NCBI GenBank assembly: GCA_041653075.1
Contig: JBAZFZ010000004.1
Location: forward strand, 2,699 to 66,698
Origin: Methanoregula sp.
GTDB lineage: Archaea > Halobacteriota > Methanomicrobia > Methanomicrobiales > Methanospirillaceae
Length of the DNA: 64,000 nucleotides
Direction of reading: 5' to 3'
Part shown: piece by piece, positions 18,215 to 27,491 of the stretch
Position numbering within the stretch: the first letter of the stretch is position 1
How the letters are laid out: each line of letters starts with the position of its first letter
Translations under genes and position numbers: made by a program
The notes under the pieces: model-generated
Told to the model about the DNA's origin: nothing
Seen by the model: the letters and a program-made list of their open reading frames with translations, nothing else
The model's database searches: none

Positions 18215-19186
18215 ATGAAAAATACCTATATTTTTGGCCCGGTCTGTTCGCGACGGCTTGGCAGATCGCTTGGCATCGATCTCCTGCCATTTAAGACATG
18301 TTCGTACAACTGTGTCTACTGTGAATGCGGGTCGACAACCCGGCTTACTTCAGAGAGGGCGGAGTTTTTTCCCGTAAATGATGTGATTGCCGAACTTGAT
18401 AGTGTCCTCTCAAAGAACCCGGCGCTTGATTACGTCACCTTTGCCGGTTCCGGTGAGCCAACCCTCTCGCTGTCGCTTGGAACGATCATTACTTTCATCA
18501 AGACACACTATCCACAGTACCGGGTGGCGGTCCTTACCAACGGCAGCCTGTTGACCGATGCCGGGGTGAGGTCTGACCTTGCCCGGGCAGATCTGGTCAT
18601 CCCGACCCTTTCTTCCACCTGCCAGAAAACCTTTGAGAAGATCCACCGTCCCTCCCCGGGGCTGATGATCGACCGGATCATCTCGGGGCTCGCCAAATTC
18701 AGGAAAGAGTACCCGGGCTGGATCTGGCTTGAGGTATTCCTTGTCCCGTCGTTCAATACTGGGGATGAAGAGCTTTCCGGCCTCAAGGAAGCGATCCGGG
18801 CGATCCATCCCGACCGCATCCAGTTAAACACGCTCGACAGGCCGGCAACCGAGTCATGGGTGGAAGCACCCGGGCCTTCTGACCTTCACCGGATCCAGCA
18901 TTATTTTGAAAGGACTGGCATCCCGGTTGATGTTATCGGACCTGCTGTGCTGATGCCGGAGAGCGGTGAATGGGATAACGCAGTCCGTGAGAAGATCCTC
19001 ACGACCATCCGGATACGGCCCTGTACCGTTGAAGACCTTGCTGCAATGACCGGCGTTCACCACCAGCAGATCTCCAAGTACCTGGCTGGCCTGTATGCGA
19101 CCGGCAGGGTTCGTGCAGAACGCGGGGCGCGGGGAGTTTTCTACTCTGCCGCAACCGACAATGCAAACCAGCATAAGGAACCGTGA
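18215..19186 (+). CDS. Radical SAM protein, COG0731 (wyosine-synthesis-related) family, with C-terminal HTH-like domain
   Basis: FGPVCSRRLGRSLGIDL, CSYNCVYC, GSGEPTL, LTNGSL. Confidence 0.85.
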   Translation: MKNTYIFGPVCSRRLGRSLGIDLLPFKTCSYNCVYCECGSTTRLTSERAEFFPVNDVIAELDSVLSKNPALDYVTFAGSGEPTLSLSLGTIITFIKTHYPQYRVAVLTNGSLLTDAGVRSDLARADLVIPTLSSTCQKTFEKIHRPSPGLMIDRIISGLAKFRKEYPGWIWLEVFLVPSFNTGDEELSGLKEAIRAIHPDRIQLNTLDRPATESWVEAPGPSDLHRIQHYFERTGIPVDVIGPAVLMPESGEWDNAVREKILTTIRIRPCTVEDLAAMTGVHHQQISKYLAGLYATGRVRAERGARGVFYSAATDNANQHKEP

Positions 19187-19285
19187 TTGGTCACGCCCGG
19201 CACATAACGGGTCGGCCATCTCTCACCAGGAAAGCAGGAGGATGTAATCAGCTGCTCTCTCAAGAGACAAAAAAGTTCAATCAGG

Positions 19286-20161
19286 ATGAAAGGATCAGAT
19301 CATCATATGATACCCTCTCTTGCCCTTACGATTCTTGTGGACAACACCACGCTTACCGACCGGTATTTCGTGAGCGAACCCGGTCTCTCGATATTCCTTG
19401 AAACAGAGGGACGCCGTATCCTGTTTGATACCGGCTACTCCGATGTATTTTTCCGGAATGCCGAGGCCATGGGGATCGACCTGCTCAACCTTGATGTCAT
19501 CGTCCTCTCGCACGGGCACCTTGATCATACCTGGGGGCTTGTCCACCTCATCCGGAACCTTTCGGGAGCCGCGCTTCACTCCCGTGCGCACAAACGCCCG
19601 GCACTTGTGGCTCACCCGTATTGTTTCTACCCGAAACCAAAAGCGCCCCTGCCAAACACCGGGTCGCTTGTATCAGAAGCGGAAGCGGCACGCTGGTTTT
19701 CCCTGACTCTCTCCCACGAGCCGCTCTGGATTACGGAAAATCTTGTCTTTTTGGGAGAAATCCCGCGAATCCATGCGTTTGAACAGAATTCACCTGGCAC
19801 CAGACAGATCCTCATGCCGGACGGGCAGGTCTGTCCTGACCGGCTCCTTGACGACTCCTCCCTTGCCTGCCGGACCCCAAAGGGGCTTGTGATCATAACC
19901 GGCTGTTCCCATGCAGGGATCTGCAATATTGTGAGCTATGCACAGGAGGTGTGCGGGGAGCAGCGGGTTCTTGATATCGTCGGTGGTTTCCATCTCCTCC
20001 GGCCGTCTGCCGGACAACTCGAAGGGACCTGTAACTACTTAAAAGCCCTCGCTCCTGCCGCAGTCCATGCCTGCCACTGCACCTCCCTGCCGGCAAAAAT
20101 CGCACTATCATCAGCCTGCCGGTTGGAGGAAACCGGTGTCGGACTGAAGCTGAAATATTAG
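19286..20161 (+). CDS. Metallo-beta-lactamase-fold protein, COG1237 (the family that includes the methanopterin-pathway enzyme MJ0301)
   Basis: ILFDTG, LSHGHLDHTWG, TGCSHAG, GGFHL, CHCT. Confidence 0.88.
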   Translation: MKGSDHHMIPSLALTILVDNTTLTDRYFVSEPGLSIFLETEGRRILFDTGYSDVFFRNAEAMGIDLLNLDVIVLSHGHLDHTWGLVHLIRNLSGAALHSRAHKRPALVAHPYCFYPKPKAPLPNTGSLVSEAEAARWFSLTLSHEPLWITENLVFLGEIPRIHAFEQNSPGTRQILMPDGQVCPDRLLDDSSLACRTPKGLVIITGCSHAGICNIVSYAQEVCGEQRVLDIVGGFHLLRPSAGQLEGTCNYLKALAPAAVHACHCTSLPAKIALSSACRLEETGVGLKLKY

Positions 20162-20204
20162 GGCTGTGGCTCCCGCCAGATTTAGGCCGGAAAACCTCAT
20201 TTTA

Positions 20205-21524
20205 TCAGTCACGGTCTTTGGGTTCATGATACCGGAACAGCAGTTCGGTCACTGCCCGGATTTCTGCACCCTGCTTTTTGGCTTCTGCGAGGTATGCATC
20301 GTAGATGGCATCTGTTGTGATGTGAAGGACCGGCTTACAGAGATCTGCGTGAAGCATCAGATCGAAACACCGGGCTTCAGCCTCGGTGAGCCCGAAGGGT
20401 TTGTATTCTCCGGTGGTCGGGACAAAAACTGGGTTATCAGATCGTGGTATCTTTAAGACCAGTGCCGCAAGCGGAGTGGACGGTATTGGTTCTGCGATGC
20501 TGATGAAGATATCATCGAGCTGCTGTTCTGCGATGAAATCTTTTGTATTCTCATAGTCTTGTTGGGTTTCCGTGGGATACCCGACAATAAAACTTCCGGC
20601 TACCCTGAGGCCGTGTTCGCGGCAGCGTCGGATTGCATCGCAGACCTGGGCGATAGTCACCCCTTTTCCCATCTTCCTTAAAATGGCATCGCTTCCCGAT
20701 TCAATTCCAAAAAAGACCCATCCGATGGTGTAACGGGAAATGGCATCCAGGATCTCGTCCGTGATGCAGTCTACCCGGATATCCGGGCAGGAGACGTTGT
20801 TTTTACCCATGACATCTGCAAGGGCGGCGAGGAGTTCGATAAATGCCGTTGGGTTCAGGGCTCCGTCTTTTGCCTGGAAAAGCGACCCGGTTCCCCCGGA
20901 AAGTGCGATCCGCTGTGCTCCTGCGTTTTTAAACGCCAGGGCCTCGTTTTTGATCGCGGGGATCTCCCGGCTCCTGATGGCGTGGCCGAAGAACCTTGGG
21001 ACCTGGCAGAACGTGCAGGCCCCGGAACATCCCCGATGGGATTCCAGGTAAGCATTTGCCCCCCGGATGCTTTGCGAACCGATGTCCCGGGGAATAAACG
21101 GAACCGGGTGTTCGATAGATTCTGAAGGATCGCGTTTCCGGATGACAATGGTACTCCCGGAGCGGTATGCAACCCCTTCGATATCCTGGATTTTTGCACC
21201 GGCAACGATATGCCTGACCGTAACTTCGCCTTCGCCAAGGATGACGGCATCGGGCCTGAGTTCCCCAAGTACCATCTCCGGGTATGCAGAGACCGGCCCG
21301 CCGATGTAACATTTTCCCCCGGCTTTGTGGAGATCTTCAATAAACTCCCGGATCTGCGGGTTGAGGAGATGCAGTGTTGAGTACAGGCTCAAAAAAACGG
21401 TATCTCCCCGGGCGGCGGTCAGATCCTTTTTGAGATCCACCTTCTTCCCGGCATTTCGTATTGTGCCGGCAATAAGCATAGCACCGTAGGTATAGATTCC
21501 CGGGGAGATGACCGTGTACTGCAT
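20205..21524 (-). CDS. mgmA: Cobalamin-dependent radical SAM methyl-coenzyme M reductase glutamine C-methyltransferase
   Basis: YTYGAM N-terminus, B12-binding-like region, HRGCSGACTFCQVP, FGIESG; lies directly downstream of mcrA. Confidence 0.8.
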   Translation of the reverse strand: MQYTVISPGIYTYGAMLIAGTIRNAGKKVDLKKDLTAARGDTVFLSLYSTLHLLNPQIREFIEDLHKAGGKCYIGGPVSAYPEMVLGELRPDAVILGEGEVTVRHIVAGAKIQDIEGVAYRSGSTIVIRKRDPSESIEHPVPFIPRDIGSQSIRGANAYLESHRGCSGACTFCQVPRFFGHAIRSREIPAIKNEALAFKNAGAQRIALSGGTGSLFQAKDGALNPTAFIELLAALADVMGKNNVSCPDIRVDCITDEILDAISRYTIGWVFFGIESGSDAILRKMGKGVTIAQVCDAIRRCREHGLRVAGSFIVGYPTETQQDYENTKDFIAEQQLDDIFISIAEPIPSTPLAALVLKIPRSDNPVFVPTTGEYKPFGLTEAEARCFDLMLHADLCKPVLHITTDAIYDAYLAEAKKQGAEIRAVTELLFRYHEPKDRD

Positions 21525-21742
21525 GTCGTTATGCTTTCTGTATATGAGACGACATTATTTAGTAAGTTCTGATCCTGCCACGGCTTACGGGTACTGATAT
21601 CTCATCATTCTGCCTCTTTTACCCGGTGGATCGTAATTTTCAGATGCGTTTTAATTTTCGGCTGCAATGCTTTTTTACATGAAACCTGCTTAAAAACGAC
21701 GTTTGAAAAAGAAAAAAAAATTGGTTTTGGGGACGATCGTGC

Positions 21743-23452
21743 TTACCTTGCGGGGATGATCAGCGAGCGCTCGCCAGCTGGCATGAACTCGCGGATTGCA
21801 CCCTTTGCAAATTCGCGGCGTGGTTCGGCGAAATCGAATTTGAGCGAGGGGTCAGCGAAGGTGATCTTGATCAACGGGGACAGCGACCATGCATCGCCGC
21901 GGCCATAGTGGGAACTGCCGACAATTGCAGCGTATTCTCCCTGGTGACCGACGTTCATTGCATAGTTCGGGTAGTTCGGGCCACGGAGCTCACCGACACA
22001 ACCTTCGTCAGGCCGGACGGAGAGCGAGTTTGCGGAACCGCACTGGTCCTGCAGGTCGTAACCGAAGAATCCGAGACGTGACCAGCCTTCCTTGTGCAGG
22101 AGCATGGACATGTACCAGCCGTTGAGACCGGCGTTGGAGTTACCGGTTGCAATTGCCGTGGTAAGACCGGATGCTGCTGCAAGGACACCTGCACGCTGGG
22201 AACCACCGAAGTGGTCTTCCATCATAGTCGGGAACTGTTCGTACTGCTCCATACCGTAGAGGGTGACTTCGGAGGCGAGGTCGTTTACCAGTTCCTGGGT
22301 GGGCTTGACCTTATCTTTGTCTGACGGGTTCTTCCAGTCGACTTTGCACTTGTCCTTGATGTAGTCCATACCGTAATAGGTGAAGTCATCGAGGATGTTA
22401 TCTGTGTATGCTGCGGTTGCATACTGGGTGAATCCAACACCACCGGACATGTAAGATCCGAGCCAGATCTGGTCAAAGAGCATCGTTCCACCACCGACGA
22501 CTTCAAGGGATGCCTTGGCGGGGTCGTTGGGGTACTTGCGGTCTGCCTGGATCATATCGGCAAAGTTTCCGAACTTGATGCCACCTGGCTCGTTCGGGCC
22601 ACGTGCACGGCGGGCCGGGAGAATATCACCCATCTGGATAACGCCGGCGTGCTTTGCTGCAAAGGACAGGTCGGCGACTGCTGCTTCACCGGCGCACATG
22701 CGGTACGCGGCGATGAAGGATATACCGATCTGCATGGCGGACCACCGGGAGGTCGTTCCACCATCGCAGGTCCTGCTGACGGTTGTCGGGATGTGGACTG
22801 CCTGCCACATGGATTTGCCGACTGCTGCCTTGAGGGCTGCTGCCTGCTTTGCCGGGAAGAGCTTGTCGAGGTTTAAGACGAACTGCGGTTCGAGGTCGTC
22901 TGCCATCTCGTCGTCACCGGTAAAGACCTTGACGTAACAGTCATCAACGAGAGCCGGGTGGGTCTCGACCATGTGTTCCTGAACGACTGCGCCGCCGGGC
23001 ATTGCATGGTTGAGGACGTGGAGGTACTCGTTGATGGTCTCAGGGGTAACTTCTTTTCCCAGACGCTTCTGGAGGGTGTTGTGGGCGAGGTCGAGGCCGA
23101 CGATGATCGTGCGGCGGATATCATCCCACATCTGCTGCATTGCAGCGTTGTTGACGAAGTGGAGGTCATCACCTTCAACGAACACGCCGGTGCCGCTGAC
23201 CTCGTAGGTCATCAGCTGGCGCTGACCGAGCGGGATACCGCCAAGGTGGCAGCGCATCGGGTCGTACATTGAGATGCCGCGCTCCATTGCGACTTTCTGG
23301 CCTTCCTTTAAGAATTCCATCTTCCGTGGAGACTGCTTGATACCCTGCCGGCCGAAATGCGTGTGGGTTGCGGATGGGTCTTCTGCAAACTTCTCCTTCA
23401 TTGCCTTCAGGAAGAGTTTCTGGGATCTCTCAATTTTTGCTTTTCCTGCCAT
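21743..23452 (-). CDS. mcrA: Methyl-coenzyme M reductase alpha subunit
   Basis: [63 protein letters not shown]. Confidence 0.99.
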   Translation of the reverse strand: MAGKAKIERSQKLFLKAMKEKFAEDPSATHTHFGRQGIKQSPRKMEFLKEGQKVAMERGISMYDPMRCHLGGIPLGQRQLMTYEVSGTGVFVEGDDLHFVNNAAMQQMWDDIRRTIIVGLDLAHNTLQKRLGKEVTPETINEYLHVLNHAMPGGAVVQEHMVETHPALVDDCYVKVFTGDDEMADDLEPQFVLNLDKLFPAKQAAALKAAVGKSMWQAVHIPTTVSRTCDGGTTSRWSAMQIGISFIAAYRMCAGEAAVADLSFAAKHAGVIQMGDILPARRARGPNEPGGIKFGNFADMIQADRKYPNDPAKASLEVVGGGTMLFDQIWLGSYMSGGVGFTQYATAAYTDNILDDFTYYGMDYIKDKCKVDWKNPSDKDKVKPTQELVNDLASEVTLYGMEQYEQFPTMMEDHFGGSQRAGVLAAASGLTTAIATGNSNAGLNGWYMSMLLHKEGWSRLGFFGYDLQDQCGSANSLSVRPDEGCVGELRGPNYPNYAMNVGHQGEYAAIVGSSHYGRGDAWSLSPLIKITFADPSLKFDFAEPRREFAKGAIREFMPAGERSLIIPAR

Positions 23453-23457
23453 AGTAA

Positions 23458-24222
23458 TCACTCCTTCGGCATGAAGCCGTATTTGGTCCTCAGCGAGTGG
23501 ATGCGCTGGATGTACTCGATATACTCTGCATCCTCACGGAAGCCGGTACCGACAAGCGAGTGGTACATGGTAGTGTGTGCCTTGAGCCACTTCTCATCCA
23601 TGGGCTTGCCTACCTTGACTTCAGAGTCGAGAGGCTCACCGATCTGGTTCTTGACATACTTGACAACGCCGGCCTTCTTGTCGAGGACACAGCGCTGGAG
23701 CATATCGAACATCATACCATCTTCGTCAAGACGGAGAGAGTGCCCATGCACGGTTGCACCGCGGATACCAGTGCGTGCCGGGTCAAAGAGTTCTGTTCCG
23801 ACGAGTTCCTTTGCGTATTTTTCAAGGTCACGCTCACGGCACTCAATAATCTGACGGCCGGAAAGGGTACCCGGGTCAATACCGCGGAAGCGGTACATCT
23901 CGAGCCAGCTTCTCTGGTACGGCTGGCAGGGTGCGTTGTACATCGAGTCAGCGAACTGGATGTAACGGACACGATCACCGGCTTTTGCGCCATCTGTCGG
24001 GGTAACCAGCTTGCGGATCGGGCAGGCGGGTTCCTGCTGCTCGGCAAGGGGCGGGTGTGCTGTCGGGTATGCCGCACCGGGGGCGCGGTGTCCCATAATC
24101 AGTACAATGTCCTTATCCGTAACATCGCGGAGCTTCTCCAGCTTGTGGGATGGGTCAAGCTGCTTGCGCCGGTTATCGGCAACAATAGAGGAGCCCGGGC
24201 AATACTGTGGTTTGTATGCCAT
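23458..24222 (-). CDS. mcrG: Methyl-coenzyme M reductase gamma subunit
   Basis: [29 protein letters not shown]. Confidence 0.99.
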   Translation of the reverse strand: MAYKPQYCPGSSIVADNRRKQLDPSHKLEKLRDVTDKDIVLIMGHRAPGAAYPTAHPPLAEQQEPACPIRKLVTPTDGAKAGDRVRYIQFADSMYNAPCQPYQRSWLEMYRFRGIDPGTLSGRQIIECRERDLEKYAKELVGTELFDPARTGIRGATVHGHSLRLDEDGMMFDMLQRCVLDKKAGVVKYVKNQIGEPLDSEVKVGKPMDEKWLKAHTTMYHSLVGTGFREDAEYIEYIQRIHSLRTKYGFMPKE

Positions 24223-24229
24223 TGTTAAA

Positions 24230-24865
24230 TCACTCCAGTTTTTCTTTCTTTTTTATGAGTTTCATTACCGCCGAAATGACATCGGCCATCTTTTCGCGTG
24301 TGGGGGTCTGGCCGCGAGTCACGCCACTTACGATTGCCATCACGGTACCTTTGGTCCGGATTTTATCGGCGGGTGGCATGACATATGCGGTCTTCACGCC
24401 CTCTTTTGCAAGATCCTCGTAATCAATCGGGGATTGGGAAACGACAACTGCCTTTATGTCGCACGCAGAGAGGATGAACCTGACCTTGTGGACAACATGG
24501 GAACGGACATTTCCATGATGAAGGATGGCAACTTTGTGTTTCTCGATTTGTACAACTTCTTTTTCCGTAAGCCCGAAGTAAGCACCAAGTGCGGAACCAG
24601 CGATATTTGGGGCATCTGGCGGGACGCCGCTTCCCGCGTTGAGCACCAGCGTGCTGATGCTGTATTCGACACCATGCTGCCGCAGTCCTGAGGTTATATC
24701 GCAGACCGGCTTTGTAACATGGCGGCGGCCCGGAGACATCCCGACAACAATTACATCGGGATACCTGCATTCGGAGATGGTACCGCGCTGGGCGATACCT
24801 CCGCCTTTTCCCATGCCCATTGCCTCGCGGCAGTCCACTACCTGGGTTACCCGTCCGATAGGCAT
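24230..24865 (-). CDS. mcrC: Methyl-coenzyme M reductase operon protein C
   Basis: VVDCREAMGMGKGGGIAQRGT, SPGRRHVTKPVCDIT. Confidence 0.97.
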   Translation of the reverse strand: MPIGRVTQVVDCREAMGMGKGGGIAQRGTISECRYPDVIVVGMSPGRRHVTKPVCDITSGLRQHGVEYSISTLVLNAGSGVPPDAPNIAGSALGAYFGLTEKEVVQIEKHKVAILHHGNVRSHVVHKVRFILSACDIKAVVVSQSPIDYEDLAKEGVKTAYVMPPADKIRTKGTVMAIVSGVTRGQTPTREKMADVISAVMKLIKKKEKLE

Positions 24866-24867
24866 AC

Positions 24868-25338
24868 TTACTTGATTCCCTGGATGATTACCGGTCCTGA
24901 CCGGCTCTTTGGATCAGATAATCCGAGAATATCCTTGTCCGCATTTGGTCCATATTTTGCGTAATCGACCAGGGATGGCGAAGTTTTCATGTATTTGCCT
25001 TCCTGGAGGCGGACAGTAAATTCGGTGATTACCTCTTCACACGCTTTTTTGAGTGCAGGAATTGCGTCGCGGGATTCGAGTTCAAGCAGGATGGTACCTA
25101 CATGAACCTGAAGCTCAAGCTCCTCTGTTCCGACACGGATGTCTCTCCTCATGGAATGCGGATTGGGCGTTCCCCGTGCCGGTCCGTAGGGGACTGTTGC
25201 GGGAAGACGCGGACCGTTTAAGACCATCCGCCGGATACCACCTGCCTTGAGCAGGTTGTTAAGGAGCCGTTCCACGGTCTCCGGGTTGAGCAGCCGCTCG
25301 GTTATAATCCTGCACTGCGGGAACGTGGCTTCTGTCAT
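24868..25338 (-). CDS. mcrD: Methyl-coenzyme M reductase operon protein D
   Basis: RLLNPET, GPRLPATVPYGPARG; lies between mcrB and mcrC. Confidence 0.96.
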   Translation of the reverse strand: MTEATFPQCRIITERLLNPETVERLLNNLLKAGGIRRMVLNGPRLPATVPYGPARGTPNPHSMRRDIRVGTEELELQVHVGTILLELESRDAIPALKKACEEVITEFTVRLQEGKYMKTSPSLVDYAKYGPNADKDILGLSDPKSRSGPVIIQGIK

Positions 25339-25360
25339 TTGGATCAACGTTTAAAGGGCC

Positions 25361-26674
25361 TTATACACCCTTTGCGATGGTCTGCAGCGGCTTCTTGAAT
25401 GCCTCGATCTGTCCAAATGTGTCCTCGTAAACCTTACTGGTTCCTTCAGGGCTGAACATCTGGGTACCTGCATCAAGTGCGCAGGCTGCAACGATACACG
25501 GCATACCGACACCGGCTGCATGCCGGGTCACGACGTGGTTACCGTTAAAGACACCGGGGCCGCCGCCACCATAGATCGAGTGGCTGAAGAACGAGAACCC
25601 GACTGCGACACCCATGGTGCGGCCGAAGTCTGAGCCTGGGAGGCCGGTCTCGTGCTCAAGCAGATCGTTGAAGTACAGCAGGGTCGCGGAAACAGCCTGT
25701 GCGAACCGTCCTGCACCGCAGTTGACCATTGTTGCTGCGAGAGTACCTGCGGAAGCATATGCGTTCCACATCATCGGGTCCTTGGTCTCGTAGAAGATGT
25801 AGCCGCTCTTGCCCTTCTTGCCTGCCTTGATGACTTTGTCTTCAATGGCACGCTCGACAAGGCTCTGGACGACAGTACCGACAGTGCCGGTCTTGCCGTT
25901 CTTCTTAACGAGGTCGTAGACCATGTTGTTTGCGTTAAGACCCTGGTATGCGTAGAGAAGGAGCTGTGCACGCTCGAACGGGCCAACTGCTGCGCCCATT
26001 TCGAATTCACCGGCCTGTTCAAAGGTTGAAGCGAGTGCTGCACCCTGCATTGCATTCCGGTGGGTCATCATGACCGCGTGGTTCGCCTGGATGTTACGAA
26101 GTGCGTAACCGAGACCTTCGTTGTTCTGCGGGATGGACAGAATCGAAACGACGTTTCCACCCTGCATGTCCATTGTCTGAGGGTAGGTACCCCAGACGGC
26201 ACCCTTGACGTATGCACCGTCGAACATTCCAACCTTGTACTGTTCGAGAAGAGCATAGGTAGTTGCTGCTGCAACGCTTGTGGATGTAGCATCGTAGGTT
26301 GCTGCTGCCTTGATACGTGCAGATGGAACCTCGACAAGAAGCATCTTGCCACCGGCGACCTTGGTGATCTTTGTGTCATCGCCATCGGTGACCTGGATCA
26401 TTTCCTTGATCTTGGCTAAGAGTGCATCGCAGTCCTTGACACAGCTGCAGTCGAGGCTGCGGCCGAGGATCTGGTTGGCCTTGCCACCCATCTTACCGGT
26501 CTTGAGTGCAGTTTCGATACCGCTGAGGTTGACTGCTACCGTCCTCTTGGTGAGGTCGATGAGTTCAAGGGCACCCTTGTTTGTCAGTGGACTGATTTTA
26601 TCAATCGTGACGTTGCTCTTTAAGAGCTTCCCCTCATCATCGTAGAGGTCAATTGAATCTTTATATTTCGCCAT
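25361..26674 (-). CDS. mcrB: Methyl-coenzyme M reductase beta subunit
   Basis: IDLYDDEGK, GYALRNI, FSFFSHSIYGGGGPGVFNGNHVVTRH; GGAGG RBS before the ATG at 26674. Confidence 0.99.
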   Translation of the reverse strand: MAKYKDSIDLYDDEGKLLKSNVTIDKISPLTNKGALELIDLTKRTVAVNLSGIETALKTGKMGGKANQILGRSLDCSCVKDCDALLAKIKEMIQVTDGDDTKITKVAGGKMLLVEVPSARIKAAATYDATSTSVAAATTYALLEQYKVGMFDGAYVKGAVWGTYPQTMDMQGGNVVSILSIPQNNEGLGYALRNIQANHAVMMTHRNAMQGAALASTFEQAGEFEMGAAVGPFERAQLLLYAYQGLNANNMVYDLVKKNGKTGTVGTVVQSLVERAIEDKVIKAGKKGKSGYIFYETKDPMMWNAYASAGTLAATMVNCGAGRFAQAVSATLLYFNDLLEHETGLPGSDFGRTMGVAVGFSFFSHSIYGGGGPGVFNGNHVVTRHAAGVGMPCIVAACALDAGTQMFSPEGTSKVYEDTFGQIEAFKKPLQTIAKGV

Positions 26675-26959
26675 ATAATTTCCTCCGAAATTGGATTTGC
26701 CGCTATACAGTACCGTCTTTGAACAATGGTAATGACTAATAGGAACACTGGCTATGAATGAAAGTCGCTTTTGCACGTCCCCTAGATTGGGACATGGAAT
26801 AATTTTCAATTTCGACTTATAAGCGTTCCGATATTGTTCTGGAGAATTGTACTATACTGGCAGGAGAATACTTGGCGAATTCGAAGCAATGTTCAAATAT
26901 CCCATTGAATCCGACACCAGTTGTTCTACTTGATATTACATAATTTTATAGAAGTAGTA

Positions 26960-27026
26960 CTCTGTTGAAAAAACAACCTTAAATTTTTCTATTCCTGGGT
27001 GCGCTCTGTTGAAAAAAAGGTTGTTT
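26960..27026 (-). terminator. Duplicated oligo-T signal downstream of mvhD
   Basis: CTCTGTTGAAAAAA occurs at 26960-26973 and 27004-27017, reading TTTTTTCAACAGAG on the minus strand. Confidence 0.5.
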
Positions 27027-27062
27027 AGGGCAGGATCTTGGCAAAGGATCCTATTTGAGGGT

Positions 27063-27491
27063 TTATTTTTTATTTTCTGAAAGTGGGCTTGGCCCGAGCT
27101 CATTGATGGTGTTTACGACGTCTGTAATGACTGCAGCCCACTTTGCACCTTCTGATGCAGACACAAAGGTCATCCTGAAACGACGGTCGTCGAGGCCGAT
27201 GCTCTTCATGAGCCTCTTTACCATGAACATTCTCTTTGCGGCCTTGAAGTTTCCTTCAAGATAGTGACAGTCCCCGAAGTGACAGCCGGAGACAAGTACC
27301 CCGTCTGCTCCATCGGCAAATGCCTTGAGAACGAAGAGTGAGTCGAACCGTCCTGTGCACATCACACGGATGATCCTGACATCAGGTGGGTACTGGATAC
27401 GACCGCCGCCGGCGAGATCCGCACCTGCATATGAACACCAGTTGCAGACCATCCCAAGGATCTTGGGTTTCCACTCCTTGTTGTCAGTCAT
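27063..27491 (-). CDS. mvhD: [2Fe-2S] Hdr-associated subunit MvhD
   Basis: CNWCSYAGAD, RVMCTGR, GCHFGDCHY. Confidence 0.96.
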   Translation of the reverse strand: MTDNKEWKPKILGMVCNWCSYAGADLAGGGRIQYPPDVRIIRVMCTGRFDSLFVLKAFADGADGVLVSGCHFGDCHYLEGNFKAAKRMFMVKRLMKSIGLDDRRFRMTFVSASEGAKWAAVITDVVNTINELGPSPLSENKK

